A DNA stretch of 64,000 bases from an uncultured Bacillales bacterium. Its GTDB lineage: Bacteria > Bacillota_I > Bacilli_A > RF39 > UBA660. Position numbers and translations under genes: made by a program. Location: assembly GCA_946611235.1 (NCBI GenBank), contig CAMODE010000041.1:8316-72315 (forward strand). Direction: 5' to 3'. The notes beneath the pieces are model-generated. The model searched no databases. It was not told the DNA's origin and saw only the letters and a program-made list of their open reading frames with translations. Below are positions 18,089 to 27,619 of the stretch, piece after piece; within the stretch, counting starts at the first letter, position 1, and each line of letters begins with the position of its first letter.

Positions 18089-19219
18089 TTAACTTTCTTC
18101 TTTCATAGATTCTTCTATTTCTTTTATTTCTTCAATTGTTTTACATGAAACATTAGATATAACACTATAGTCAATATTTTGATTTAGCATATTCTTAATC
18201 ATTTCAACCTTTGAAGATTCTATTCCTGCTTCTTTTCCAAGTTCTATTCCTACTTCTTTTCCAAGTTCTATTCCTGCTTCTTTTCCAAGTTCTATTCCTG
18301 CTTCTTTTCCAACTTCTACTCCATCATTAAAACTAGTTTCCATATCCCCCTCATATTTAAGTCTTGCATTCTCTTCAAATATCCAGTTTTGAACAATAGT
18401 ATCATTATTATTAACATCTTCAAGTATTTTACTAAGTTTATTTTTTTCCTCCATCGTAATAGCATCTCCTAACATATCCATTATCCTAGATATTTTGTAT
18501 TCATCAGATATAGCACCTAATCTAGCTAATAATGGCGTTTCATTTATTTCATTATTATTATATAATAAATGCTTACATTTTTCAACATCCACTTGATAAA
18601 TCGTTACTAAATTACTAGCAACCATTGCTGTCTTAAGATTATAAAAAACATATTTATTTATACCATTATCATCTTCATCGATTATTATCTCATCTTTATT
18701 ACTTTTCTTTGATTTATTTAAATTTAATAATATTATTCGATAATGTTTTAATTCTTTATAAGACTCTCCTTTCTTAACTACTTGGCCACAAATTCTAAAT
18801 ATTTGGAGTAAATTTCTTTCTAATACTGAGTTATCACTATTACTATTCATTTCAATATTAATATAGTTCTTAGAATTAATCTTTACTAAAATATCACATC
18901 TATTATTCTTACCATCATATTTTCCAGATAAACTTTCATACCCAGCCATGATCATTGCATCTTTAGCTTCTTCTTTAATATCAAAAGCTTTGATTAAAAT
19001 CTTAGTAAAGATATCTGGTTCTGTTACAAAAAGATATTTAAAGATTACATCTCTTAATATTGGAATAGTATACCCCTTAGGAAGTTTATATTCATTAATA
19101 ATATCATTAGTAATATCCTTAATATTATTAATTTTTCTAGTTCTTAATCCTTTGATACTATTTTTAATACTACTTTCTACTAATATTTCTTCAATTGTCT
19201 TTTCTTCTAGTTTTCCCAT
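18089..19219 (-). CDS. PD-(D/E)XK nuclease family transposase-like protein (Rpn/YhgA-like, PDDEXK_2)
   Basis: RCDILVKINSKNYINIEMN core (D...E-x-N/Q). C-terminal GKEAGIEL x4 repeat and an HTH-like tail. GGAGG RBS before ATG at 19219. Confidence 0.6.
   Translation of the reverse strand: MGKLEEKTIEEILVESSIKNSIKGLRTRKINNIKDITNDIINEYKLPKGYTIPILRDVIFKYLFVTEPDIFTKILIKAFDIKEEAKDAMIMAGYESLSGKYDGKNNRCDILVKINSKNYINIEMNSNSDNSVLERNLLQIFRICGQVVKKGESYKELKHYRIILLNLNKSKKSNKDEIIIDEDDNGINKYVFYNLKTAMVASNLVTIYQVDVEKCKHLLYNNNEINETPLLARLGAISDEYKISRIMDMLGDAITMEEKNKLSKILEDVNNNDTIVQNWIFEENARLKYEGDMETSFNDGVEVGKEAGIELGKEAGIELGKEVGIELGKEAGIESSKVEMIKNMLNQNIDYSVISNVSCKTIEEIKEIEESMKEES
18218..18320. repeat. 24-bp tandem repeat x ~4.3 inside the Rpn-like gene (encodes GKEAGIEL repeats)
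   Basis: TTCTATTCCTGCTTCTTTTCCAAG units at 18218, 18242, 18266 and 18290, with 1-2 substitutions. Confidence 0.9.
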
Positions 19220-19242
19220 AATTATTGCTTCTCCTCCCAAGT

Positions 19243-19272
19243 AAATATATATAAGAGGGTTTCCCCTCTTAT
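19243..19272 (-). terminator. Hairpin terminator after the bacteriocin peptide genes
   Basis: Minus strand reads ATAAGAGGG-GAAA-CCCTCTTAT (9-bp stem) directly after the peptide stop. The trailing U-run is weak. Confidence 0.5.
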
Positions 19273-19273
19273 A

Positions 19274-19438
19274 CTATAAACTACAATTTTTTCCTTCAAT
19301 AACTCTTCTTATTGAACTACCAAGTGCATCTCCTAAATTATAGATTGTTTCGACAATTTTATAGATAGCTCCCAGCATAGCAGCAGTCATACTACCACCC
19401 TCAACTCTTTTCATTTCTTCTTTTTTTAATTCTCTCAT
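19274..19438 (-). CDS. Double-glycine leader peptide, class IIb-like bacteriocin subunit (54 aa)
   Basis: Not in ORF track. Encodes MRELKKEEMKRVEGG/SMTAAMLGAIYKIVETIYNLGDALGSSIRRVIEGKNCSL. AAAGGAAAAAAG RBS, GG cleavage motif, GxxxG (GDALG). Confidence 0.75.
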   Translation of the reverse strand: MRELKKEEMKRVEGGSMTAAMLGAIYKIVETIYNLGDALGSSIRRVIEGKNCSL

Positions 19439-19452
19439 ACTTTTTTCCTTTC

Positions 19453-19596
19453 TTAATTACGGCATGATTCCGGATTAGAGTAGCCGTGAAATACTCCAAT
19501 TAGGAAGGTTACAACCACTCCAATAATACTAGATACAGCTATTGCAGAAGCTCCTCCATCTATTTTTTTCATTTCTTCTTTTCTTAGTTCTTTCAT
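19453..19596 (-). CDS. Double-glycine leader peptide, class IIb-like bacteriocin subunit (47 aa)
   Basis: Not in ORF track. Encodes MKELRKEEMKKIDGG/ASAIAVSSIIGVVVTFLIGVFHGYSNPESCRN. GGAGGT RBS, GG motif, GxxxG (GVFHG). Confidence 0.75.
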   Translation of the reverse strand: MKELRKEEMKKIDGGASAIAVSSIIGVVVTFLIGVFHGYSNPESCRN

Positions 19597-19600
19597 TTTT

Positions 19601-20029
19601 TTACCTCCTAATTAAATAATCAATTACCCTTTTATCTTCTTTTAGAAATTGAAGATTTAAACTTAAATTATTAAACTTATACTTCAAAGGAAGATCTACT
19701 TTTATTAAAATAGCCTGATAGGTATTTGTATTGTCACTTATATACTCACTATCGATCATAACTACTTGAAACTTATATTTAACTTTATTAATTATAACTT
19801 CATTGTTACTTATTACATAATCTATATCATCTAGAGGCATATATACTCGTATATAATAGTCTGTATCTTTCTCTACTATTCCTTTTACCTTATAATAAGT
19901 TTTATAATGAAATAAAATCATAAATATAATTAAGGAAAGTGAAATAATTATTATTATCATTATATAAACATATATTAAAGGTTCTACTTTTTTAGCTAGT
20001 ATGATTTCACTATCTATATAATACTTCAT
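19601..20029 (-). CDS. Short membrane-anchored bacteriocin export accessory protein (truncated HlyD-like?)
   Basis: 142 aa with an N-terminal TM followed by a beta-rich domain. Its start overlaps the ABC transporter stop by 4 nt (ATGA coupling). Confidence 0.45.
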   Translation of the reverse strand: MKYYIDSEIILAKKVEPLIYVYIMIIIIISLSLIIFMILFHYKTYYKVKGIVEKDTDYYIRVYMPLDDIDYVISNNEVIINKVKYKFQVVMIDSEYISDNTNTYQAILIKVDLPLKYKFNNLSLNLQFLKEDKRVIDYLIRR

Positions 20030-22107
20030 ACAACACCTCTTTCATAATTTTTAAGTTTCCCATTATTTATTTCAATCAGTCTATTATATAAGTCCATATT
20101 ATCTTTTCGATGAGATATAATAATAAATGTCTTATCCTTATACTCATTAAAAATATTCGTAAGAATCTTCCTTTCTAAATTAATATCTATTTCATTTAAA
20201 CCTTCATCAATCATAACTATATTACTATTCTTAAGTAAACTTCTAGCAAGTATTATTCTTTGTCTTTGACCACCTGATAAATTAACACCATTCTCTTCAA
20301 GCATATAATCATATCCGAGTATATTGTTTTTTATTATTTCATCAGTATAAGTTAGTTTACATACTTTTAAAAAATCCTCATCAGATACACTTCTATCCAT
20401 AATAATATTATCTCTGATACTGGAAGTAAATAGTATTTCATTTTGTGATATATAAGTAATACTACTTCTTATATCACTTAAACTATAATCATTAATATCG
20501 TAATTATTAATATATATTTTGTCCCTATCGACACTATAAAACTTATAAAGTAATTTCATAATCGTCGATTTACCACTACCAGAACTACCTAGTATTAGTA
20601 CTCTATCTCTTTCATTAATATAAAAATTAATATTATTAAAGACATCGTTTTTATTATTGTATGAGTAACTAAGATTATTAAAAATAATTTTACCTTTTAC
20701 TTTTAGTCTTTTTTTATCATATACCCTTTCTTCTTGTACTTCTAATAAATTATTAGCTCTAATAATAGAATTATTAACATAATGGTATTCACTTATTACA
20801 TCAATAATTCCTTTAACAGGAGTAATAATATAGCTAGTTAATAATGTTATTGTCATATAATTACCTATTGATAATGTATTATTAATAATTAATCTAATAG
20901 TTAAGTAGCTAACAAATAGTAGACCAATATCCGATATCATTTCTTTCACGATTATTAAAATATTCTCAGTAGTCTGTTTCTTATAAGAAGAAGTAAGTAA
21001 CTTAGCGTATTTTTTAGAAAAAGTAAGAATAATATTATCTTCAATATTAAGACCCTTTATACTTTCAAAAGCACTCACAGATTCTACAATATAACTATTA
21101 ACATTAGATGTGTTTTTTTGAAGTTCTTTTGTATACTTTTTTATTGGGTAATTAAAAATAAGTATTACAATAATATACATAAAAGATATTATAAATAGTA
21201 TGAAAAGAATCTTTCTACTTATAAAATACATAATACATATTCCTCCAATAAAGATAACAGTATCTAAAAATATACTTAAAATTATTTTTGATACAAAGTT
21301 CTTTATTGCATATAAATCACTTATTCTTGATAACACCTCACCAGTAGTTTTATTCTTATAGTAATAGAAAGGAAGTAGAATTACTTTCGTAAATGCATTT
21401 ATTATAATACTAATATCTAATTTTTGATTTAAATAAATCAAAAGATAATTACGAATATAACTTGTAACTAATTTTATTATATACAAAACAGAGAACAAAA
21501 TTGTTACTATCGTTATATTACTAATAGTAGTATCAATAACTTTATCAAATACTATTTGCGAATAGAAAGAACATATACAAGTTAAAAAGGTAAATGTTAG
21601 GGATAATATTAATAAAAATATAATCGTACTCTTATTTCTTAATATTACGCTTATTATTGCGTCATTTATTGGTTTATCTTCTCTATATATGGGAAGACTT
21701 TTGATTTTTTCAAATAACATAATATTACCAGTCCATATATTAGTAAAATCGAACAAATCAATTATTCTTTTACCAATTGATGGATCCATAATAAGTGCTT
21801 TGGTATCATATATTTTATATACTACTATAAAATGCATATAATTTTTATTATTTATTTGGGCAACAAAAGGAGTATTAATCTTATCTAATTTAATATCACC
21901 ATCTACTTTATAGGACTTTGCCCTAAGTCCCACTTCATTAGACGCTTCACTTAAATTATAAAAGTTAGTTCCTTCTTTATCTGTCTTTGTTAAATTTATT
22001 AGTCTTTCTAACGATACATCACCTCCATAATATCTAATAATTGATAATAGACAGGCCGCTCCACAATCCTTATTACCTTCCTGTAAAACAATTAAATTTT
22101 TTCTCAT
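20026..22107 (-). CDS. Peptidase C39 domain-containing bacteriocin ABC transporter (ATP-binding/permease)
   Basis: N-terminal C39 QEGNKDCGAACLLSIIRYYGG (catalytic Cys), a 6-TM region, Walker A GSSGSGKST, signature LSGGQRQR, Walker B VMIDEG. Confidence 0.92.
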   Translation of the reverse strand: MRKNLIVLQEGNKDCGAACLLSIIRYYGGDVSLERLINLTKTDKEGTNFYNLSEASNEVGLRAKSYKVDGDIKLDKINTPFVAQINNKNYMHFIVVYKIYDTKALIMDPSIGKRIIDLFDFTNIWTGNIMLFEKIKSLPIYREDKPINDAIISVILRNKSTIIFLLILSLTFTFLTCICSFYSQIVFDKVIDTTISNITIVTILFSVLYIIKLVTSYIRNYLLIYLNQKLDISIIINAFTKVILLPFYYYKNKTTGEVLSRISDLYAIKNFVSKIILSIFLDTVIFIGGICIMYFISRKILFILFIISFMYIIVILIFNYPIKKYTKELQKNTSNVNSYIVESVSAFESIKGLNIEDNIILTFSKKYAKLLTSSYKKQTTENILIIVKEMISDIGLLFVSYLTIRLIINNTLSIGNYMTITLLTSYIITPVKGIIDVISEYHYVNNSIIRANNLLEVQEERVYDKKRLKVKGKIIFNNLSYSYNNKNDVFNNINFYINERDRVLILGSSGSGKSTIMKLLYKFYSVDRDKIYINNYDINDYSLSDIRSSITYISQNEILFTSSIRDNIIMDRSVSDEDFLKVCKLTYTDEIIKNNILGYDYMLEENGVNLSGGQRQRIILARSLLKNSNIVMIDEGLNEIDINLERKILTNIFNEYKDKTFIIISHRKDNMDLYNRLIEINNGKLKNYERGVV

Positions 22108-22226
22108 TCTACCTCCTCATAGTAATATCAGTCAAAAGGTACCCATTTCTGTAAAAATTTGATAAATTTCTTTAAAAAAATGCAAAATTTGACACTTTTT
22201 TGTGTAAAGCAAACAATAAAAGCAAA

Positions 22227-22256
22227 CAAAAAAATACTCTATCATAAGATAAAGTA
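22227..22256 (-). terminator. Rho-independent terminator after the TasA-like gene
   Basis: Minus strand reads TACTTTATC-TTAT-GATAGAGTA (1 mismatch) followed by TTTTTTT. Confidence 0.55.
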
Positions 22257-22283
22257 TTATAATAAATTACAAATAGTAGCAGA

Positions 22284-22889
22284 TTACGATCCTAAATTAG
22301 TTTTATCAGAAGCTTCTCCAGTGATATCACATACTAAACTAAACTGATAAGTTTGATCGGTCATATCAGTAGGATTTCTTCCCATAGTACCATCTATCCA
22401 TAAATATAAGGTAAACGCATAATCAGTATCATAAGCTAAATTTTCCATATTATTACTAAAAGTAATAGTATCTCCTGCATCTTTTCCTTCAAAGTTACCG
22501 CTGCCATATCTTACACCAGTAGTAGTATTTACAAGTTCATATTTAAATGATTGATGTTTCAACCCGGTTGTAACTGTTTCCTGAGTATTAATACTATCAA
22601 TAGTTAATGTCCAAACAATATATGCATACTCAGATAATGTTTGTTTAGCATCAATATTTACGATCCTACCATTATTTCTATTTGATACTGGCCATAATAA
22701 TTTTTGATTATCGGCAGTTTTATCACACTGACCTAATCCATTAACTGAAGATACTTCAATCGTAGCATCTTTATTTTCAGAAGTACTACTCCAGGCAAAA
22801 TAAGCATATGTACCCAGTACAGTTAATACTCCCAGTAATAATACCCCAAGTATTATAAATAAAGTTTTTCTTAATTCTTTCTTTTCCAT
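22284..22889 (-). CDS. TasA/camelysin-like secreted protein with SipW-dependent-type signal peptide
   Basis: MEKKELRKTLFIILGVLLLGVLTVLGTYAYFAWSSTSENKDATIEV. The GTYAYF motif is typical of TasA-family signals. Confidence 0.65.
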   Translation of the reverse strand: MEKKELRKTLFIILGVLLLGVLTVLGTYAYFAWSSTSENKDATIEVSSVNGLGQCDKTADNQKLLWPVSNRNNGRIVNIDAKQTLSEYAYIVWTLTIDSINTQETVTTGLKHQSFKYELVNTTTGVRYGSGNFEGKDAGDTITFSNNMENLAYDTDYAFTLYLWIDGTMGRNPTDMTDQTYQFSLVCDITGEASDKTNLGS

Positions 22890-22929
22890 TTATTAGTCAC
22901 CTACTAAATAGATTATAAACTAAATATTA

Positions 22930-22956
22930 AAATAAAACAAGTAGTTTATACTTGTT
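22930..22956 (-). terminator. Hairpin terminator after spoVAE (possibly bidirectional)
   Basis: ACAAGTA-GTTTA-TACTTGT stem-loop flanked by A/T runs on both sides. Confidence 0.55.
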
Positions 22957-22958
22957 TT

Positions 22959-23309
22959 TTAGTGTTTTGGTTTAAATATTATTGCCAATATAAACGATAA
23001 TACTAGGGCAACGGAAATACCCGCACTAGTTAAATTAAAAATACCAAAAGCAAGACCAAGAGGTCCAATATCATGGGCCATATCCATAGCACCATGAATG
23101 AGTAGATGACCAAAGGAAGTAATTGGAAGAAGTGCTCCTGCTCCTGCATATAAAACAAATTTATCATAAATGCCAAAGACATCTAGAGCTGCTCCTATTA
23201 CTACAAATAAACTAGTAACATGTCCCGGGGTAAGTTTCGTATTATCTAGTATAATTTGGGCTATTAAGCAAATAAAACCGCAAAAAAGAAAAGCATATAC
23301 ATAAGTCAT
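22959..23309 (-). CDS. spoVAE: Stage V sporulation protein AE (SpoVAEB-type)
   Basis: 116-aa polytopic membrane protein in conserved spoVAC-AD-AE order. Ends in [19 protein letters not shown]. Confidence 0.85.
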   Translation of the reverse strand: MTYVYAFLFCGFICLIAQIILDNTKLTPGHVTSLFVVIGAALDVFGIYDKFVLYAGAGALLPITSFGHLLIHGAMDMAHDIGPLGLAFGIFNLTSAGISVALVLSFILAIIFKPKH

Positions 23310-24301
23310 TATTCAGCCTCCAAACTAATAGCGTTCGCTATTCCTGGTATCGATTCTTTTTGAAAAGTAAATGTCGGAGAAAAGATAGCTCCTGTAGGTA
23401 CAAGAAGTACTCTTTTATATTTACCTTTAAGCATCTCTTTATATATATAACCAAATCCAACTAAAGCCGAACATACTGGTCCTGAAGCCCCTGCAAAAAC
23501 AGGTTGTTTATCCAAATCATATAGCATTGTACCACAGTCATTATAATTATTTCCTAATTCAATATTATATTTCATCATCATATATTCTTTTAATATTTTT
23601 TTACCATATACACCTAAGTCACCAGTTAATATCAAATCATAATAAGAAGGATCCCTATTTGTATCTTTTAAATGATTATAGATTACGTCTCCCGCTGCAG
23701 GAGCCATTACTGCTCCCATATGATTAACATCTGTAATTCCCATATCAATTACTTTACCAATAGTAGTACTTTCTATCTTCACCTTACTTTTTTTATTAGT
23801 AAGTAAGATACTAGCACTCCCAGTTGAAGTAAAAGTAGTAGTCCTCTTTTTAGGAGCTCCATATTCCGTCGGATTTCTAAATTGTTTTTCTGCTGACATA
23901 TTATGGCTAGAAGTACTAACAAGCACCTTTTTAGCAAATCTTCCTTCTATAAAAGTACTTGCTAGTAATATTCCTTCACCGATAGTAGAGCATGCTTCAA
24001 ATATTCCCATAAAAGGAATATTAAAATCTCTTGCCATATAATCAGAAGCTGCAATCTGATTTTGTAAGTCCCCTGATACTAATAAATCGATATCTTCTTC
24101 TTTTAATTTGTTCTTTTTTAAAATATTACTATTTGCTTCTTTTAAAAGTTTAACTTCGGCTTTTTCCCAACTCTTCTCTCCAAAATATAATTCTTTCTCA
24201 TGCCTCTTATCAAAGTAATTAGATAAAGGCCCATCATTTTCATAAGGTCCACATACCGTATAAGTATCCATAATATAAACATTTTTATAATTAGTAGTCA
24301 T
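23309..24301 (-). CDS. spoVAD: Stage V sporulation protein AD
   Basis: 330 aa with a thiolase/KAS-like fold ([21 protein letters not shown]). Operon context supports the call. Confidence 0.88.
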   Translation of the reverse strand: MTTNYKNVYIMDTYTVCGPYENDGPLSNYFDKRHEKELYFGEKSWEKAEVKLLKEANSNILKKNKLKEEDIDLLVSGDLQNQIAASDYMARDFNIPFMGIFEACSTIGEGILLASTFIEGRFAKKVLVSTSSHNMSAEKQFRNPTEYGAPKKRTTTFTSTGSASILLTNKKSKVKIESTTIGKVIDMGITDVNHMGAVMAPAAGDVIYNHLKDTNRDPSYYDLILTGDLGVYGKKILKEYMMMKYNIELGNNYNDCGTMLYDLDKQPVFAGASGPVCSALVGFGYIYKEMLKGKYKRVLLVPTGAIFSPTFTFQKESIPGIANAISLEAE

Positions 24302-24302
24302 A

Positions 24303-24743
24303 TTATCCTCCCATCACCAAAAGTCTAACTAAGCCAAATATATATACTGATACAACACCATATAAAATAACAGTACCAGCAAGTTTAAATACATTAGAAC
24401 CAATTCCTAATACTAATCCTTCATGCTTATATTCTAAAGCAGCACTAGTCATTGAATGAGCAAATCCTGTAATTGGTATAATTAAAGCAGCCTTAACTTT
24501 TGATACTAATACATCAAATATGCCAAGGGCTGTAAGTACTGAAGCTATTGTTACAAAAGTAAGAGTAACAAGTACTCCAGACTCCTTTCTTGGCAAATTA
24601 AGCCATATCATATAACATCTAAGTAGTAGTTCTCCTGCTGCACCTAAAAGGCCTCCTACCAAAAAAGCTATTATGCTATTCTTAAAGCATTCTTCTTTGG
24701 GAGTATTATTATCAACAATTTCTTTATATCTATTTTTATCCAT
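24303..24743 (-). CDS. spoVAC: Stage V sporulation protein AC
   Basis: About 146-aa membrane protein containing PKEECFKNSIIAFLVGGLLGAAGE. GGTGA RBS before ATG at 24743. Confidence 0.88.
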   Translation of the reverse strand: MDKNRYKEIVDNNTPKEECFKNSIIAFLVGGLLGAAGELLLRCYMIWLNLPRKESGVLVTLTFVTIASVLTALGIFDVLVSKVKAALIIPITGFAHSMTSAALEYKHEGLVLGIGSNVFKLAGTVILYGVVSVYIFGLVRLLVMGG

Positions 24744-24818
24744 ATTATTCACCACTAATAGTATTAATAAATATATTTTTTTTATACTTTTTAATTACTA
24801 TAAAACATATATTTTATT

Positions 24819-26108
24819 ATGAAAAATAATAAATTTGTAAAATCAACTCTTATTTTAATAATTGGTGGATTTATTACTAAAATACTTGGTATGATCATAA
24901 AAATAGCCTTAACTAGAAGTATTGGTACCGATGGAATAAGTTTATATATGTTAGTACTTCCTACTTTTAATTTATTTATAACATTATGTAATTTAGGAGT
25001 ACCAGTAGCTATAACTAAATTAGTATCTGAAAAGAAAAAAAGTAGTAAAAAAATAATCATACCTACTACTTATTTAATACTTGTTTATAATTTATTTTTA
25101 ATCTTAATAATAATTATTATATCACCATATTTAGCAAATAACTTACTACATAATTCAAATACCTACTACCCATTAATAGCTATAGGTGCTACCCTTCCTT
25201 TTATAGCTATATCATCTATTATAAAGGGATACTTTTTTGGTAAAGAAAATGTTTTTCCTTGTACTCTATCAAATATTACTGAACAAATAGTACGATTACT
25301 TTTAACTATAATACTCGTATCGCATATGATAAAGTATTCATTAGTAGTAGTAGTAACAACTGTCGTATTAATAAATATAATAAGTGAAGGTTCTTCTATT
25401 ATAATATTATTACTCTTTTTACCAAAAGAAAAAATAAAAAAGGAAGACCTAAAAAAAGATAATATCTTACTAAAAGAAATACTAGGTATTAGTCTTCCCA
25501 CTACTGGATCAAGATTAATTGGCTCTATTACCTATTTCTTAGAGCCAATACTACTTACAAATATATTAAAATATACTGGTTATACAGCAGACTATATAAC
25601 TCTAGAGTATGGTATTATTAACGGATATGTTTATCCCTTATTACTCCTTCCTTCTTTTTTTACCCTAGCTATTTCATCAGCAATACTTCCAGTAATATCA
25701 AATAGTTATAGTAATAATAATATACCTTATGCAAAAAAGAAATTAAAACAAGCAATTATCTTTTCACTACTTATTGGTATTCCATGTACGATATTATTTA
25801 TACTAGTTCCAAACAAGTTATTAAACTTGGTATATAATACTAATCTAGGTGTTAACTATATAAGAATAACTGCCCCTTTTTTTCTCCTCCACTATATTCA
25901 AGCACCACTTACAAGTACTTTAACAGGTATGGGACTATCTAAGGAAGCAATGAAAGGAACTTTATATGGAGGAATAATAAAAATCCTATCTCTAATATTA
26001 TTTAGTTTATTAAAGATAGGACTATATAGTCTAATTATTTCTTCAATTCTCAATATAATGGTAGTAACAATGCATCATATCTATCATGTTAAGAAAAAAT
26101 TATTTTAA
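24819..26108 (+). CDS. MOP-superfamily flippase, SpoVB-like (polysaccharide biosynthesis protein family)
   Basis: N-terminus KSTLILIIGGFITKILGMIIKIALTRSIGTDGISLYMLVLP is typical of SpoVB/MurJ-like proteins. About 12 TM segments. Confidence 0.75.
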   Translation: MKNNKFVKSTLILIIGGFITKILGMIIKIALTRSIGTDGISLYMLVLPTFNLFITLCNLGVPVAITKLVSEKKKSSKKIIIPTTYLILVYNLFLILIIIIISPYLANNLLHNSNTYYPLIAIGATLPFIAISSIIKGYFFGKENVFPCTLSNITEQIVRLLLTIILVSHMIKYSLVVVVTTVVLINIISEGSSIIILLLFLPKEKIKKEDLKKDNILLKEILGISLPTTGSRLIGSITYFLEPILLTNILKYTGYTADYITLEYGIINGYVYPLLLLPSFFTLAISSAILPVISNSYSNNNIPYAKKKLKQAIIFSLLIGIPCTILFILVPNKLLNLVYNTNLGVNYIRITAPFFLLHYIQAPLTSTLTGMGLSKEAMKGTLYGGIIKILSLILFSLLKIGLYSLIISSILNIMVVTMHHIYHVKKKLF

Positions 26109-26486
26109 ATCATCACTACCAAAAGGATATGGACATAAATCTCTCACTGCATATATTTCACGATCATAATCATTACTATATAAGATAATTTCATCATCTG
26201 GAGAAAAAAATTCACTTATCACTTGTCTGCATAGAAAACATGAAGTTGATATTCTAGGGCTATCACACATTACATATAGCTTACTAAAATCACCTTTTTT
26301 ATATCCACTTGCAACAGCATTATTAATTGCCACTCTCTCAGCACATATCGTAGCGCCGAAGGAAGCATTCTCAACATTAACTCCTCCGAAGCTTTTACCA
26401 TCTTTCATTAATACAATCGAAGCAACCTTAAAACCAGAATAAGGACTATAACTATTTTTTAATAATCTTTTTAAACTTTCTTCCAT
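26100..26486 (-). CDS. cdd: Cytidine deaminase
   Basis: CAERVAI zinc motif and a second CFLCRQVISEF motif. 128 aa, homotetrameric type. Confidence 0.88.
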   Translation of the reverse strand: MEESLKRLLKNSYSPYSGFKVASIVLMKDGKSFGGVNVENASFGATICAERVAINNAVASGYKKGDFSKLYVMCDSPRISTSCFLCRQVISEFFSPDDEIILYSNDYDREIYAVRDLCPYPFGSDDLK

Positions 26487-26499
26487 TTTACCCTCCTGT

Positions 26500-26940
26500 T
26501 TATCTTACTATATTGTACTCTTGTAATAATTCTTCTTGAAGAGAAAACATTTCTTTTTCTTCTTTTTCAGTCATATGATCATATCCTAGTAAATGAAGTA
26601 TTCCATGAGTAGCTAAAAAACATACTTCCCTTTCTCTCGAATGATTATACTCAATTGCTTGATCATATGCCACATTAATAGCTATATAAATATCTCCTAG
26701 TAACCTAAAATCTTCATAAACAATATCTTTATTATCTTCTAAAGCAAATGATATAACATCAGTTACTCTATCAGTATTCCTATATTCTCTATTAATATTA
26801 TGAATTTCTTCATTACTTACAAATATAATATTAAATATTGCATTTTCAATATTTAATTTTTTTATAACAAACTTTAAATACTCATCTAATTTATTAATTT
26901 CCACTATTTCTTTATCGGTATTATTAATTATATCAAACAT
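26500..26940 (-). CDS. ybeY: rRNA maturation RNase YbeY
   Basis: HGILHLLGYDH metal-binding motif. Confidence 0.92.
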   Translation of the reverse strand: MFDIINNTDKEIVEINKLDEYLKFVIKKLNIENAIFNIIFVSNEEIHNINREYRNTDRVTDVISFALEDNKDIVYEDFRLLGDIYIAINVAYDQAIEYNHSREREVCFLATHGILHLLGYDHMTEKEEKEMFSLQEELLQEYNIVR

Positions 26941-26944
26941 CTTA

Positions 26945-27562
26945 TTACCCCCATATCATACCAAATATATTTATATTAAATGAATACATTATAACTAGTA
27001 ATAAAATTAAAATTACTAATATATCAATTACTGTATCATTTTTTAATATTCTAACTTTACTCCTAATGGCATCTATGCCAATAAATAATAATCCTCCAAT
27101 TATTCCACCTAAGACATTAAGAATAATATCATCAATATCAAATACTCTACCTATATGATATTGAACTACTTCTATCGTTATAGAAACAATTAAACATAAT
27201 ATAAAAGTCACACTTATTTTTCTATTTTTTAGCAAATAAGAAGATAAAAAGCCATATGGAATGAATAACATTATATTTCCCAAAATATTTTTAATAAATT
27301 TTTTAGATCCAATACTATATCTAAATATCTCTTTAAAGGGTACATAATTAGATATACCGTAATTAGAATCTTGAAATGTCACTACATAAAACAAACATAA
27401 TATATATGTTATGGCAATTAAATATATTAATTCCTTATGCAATAAGAATTTCTTATGTTTAGTTATTAAATATGCTATTCTAAGACTAGATACTATAACT
27501 AGTATAATAACAATCATTGGCCAAATATTAGGAAGTGATTCCATAAAAACATCTTTTATCAT
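26945..27562 (-). CDS. VanZ family membrane protein
   Basis: Contains VFDIDDIILNVLGGIIGGLLF. AAAGGAGG RBS before ATG at 27562 (the ORF track extends to 27583). Confidence 0.75.
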   Translation of the reverse strand: MIKDVFMESLPNIWPMIVIILVIVSSLRIAYLITKHKKFLLHKELIYLIAITYILCLFYVVTFQDSNYGISNYVPFKEIFRYSIGSKKFIKNILGNIMLFIPYGFLSSYLLKNRKISVTFILCLIVSITIEVVQYHIGRVFDIDDIILNVLGGIIGGLLFIGIDAIRSKVRILKNDTVIDILVILILLLVIMYSFNINIFGMIWG

Positions 27563-27619
27563 ATATCCTCCTTTTATTCTCATAATAAAGGTACCAAGGC
27601 AGAAACCTTGATACTACAA

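Noticed and set aside
22159-22347. 62-aa plus-strand ORF between the ABC transporter and the TasA-like gene
   Set aside because: Overlaps the terminator and the 3' end of the TasA-like gene, with no RBS. The region is better explained as intergenic regulatory sequence.
24791-25501. Minus-strand ORFs (89 aa and 111 aa) inside the SpoVB-like gene
   Set aside because: Antisense to a 12-TM flippase gene with a typical N-terminal motif. Hydrophobic low-complexity translations.
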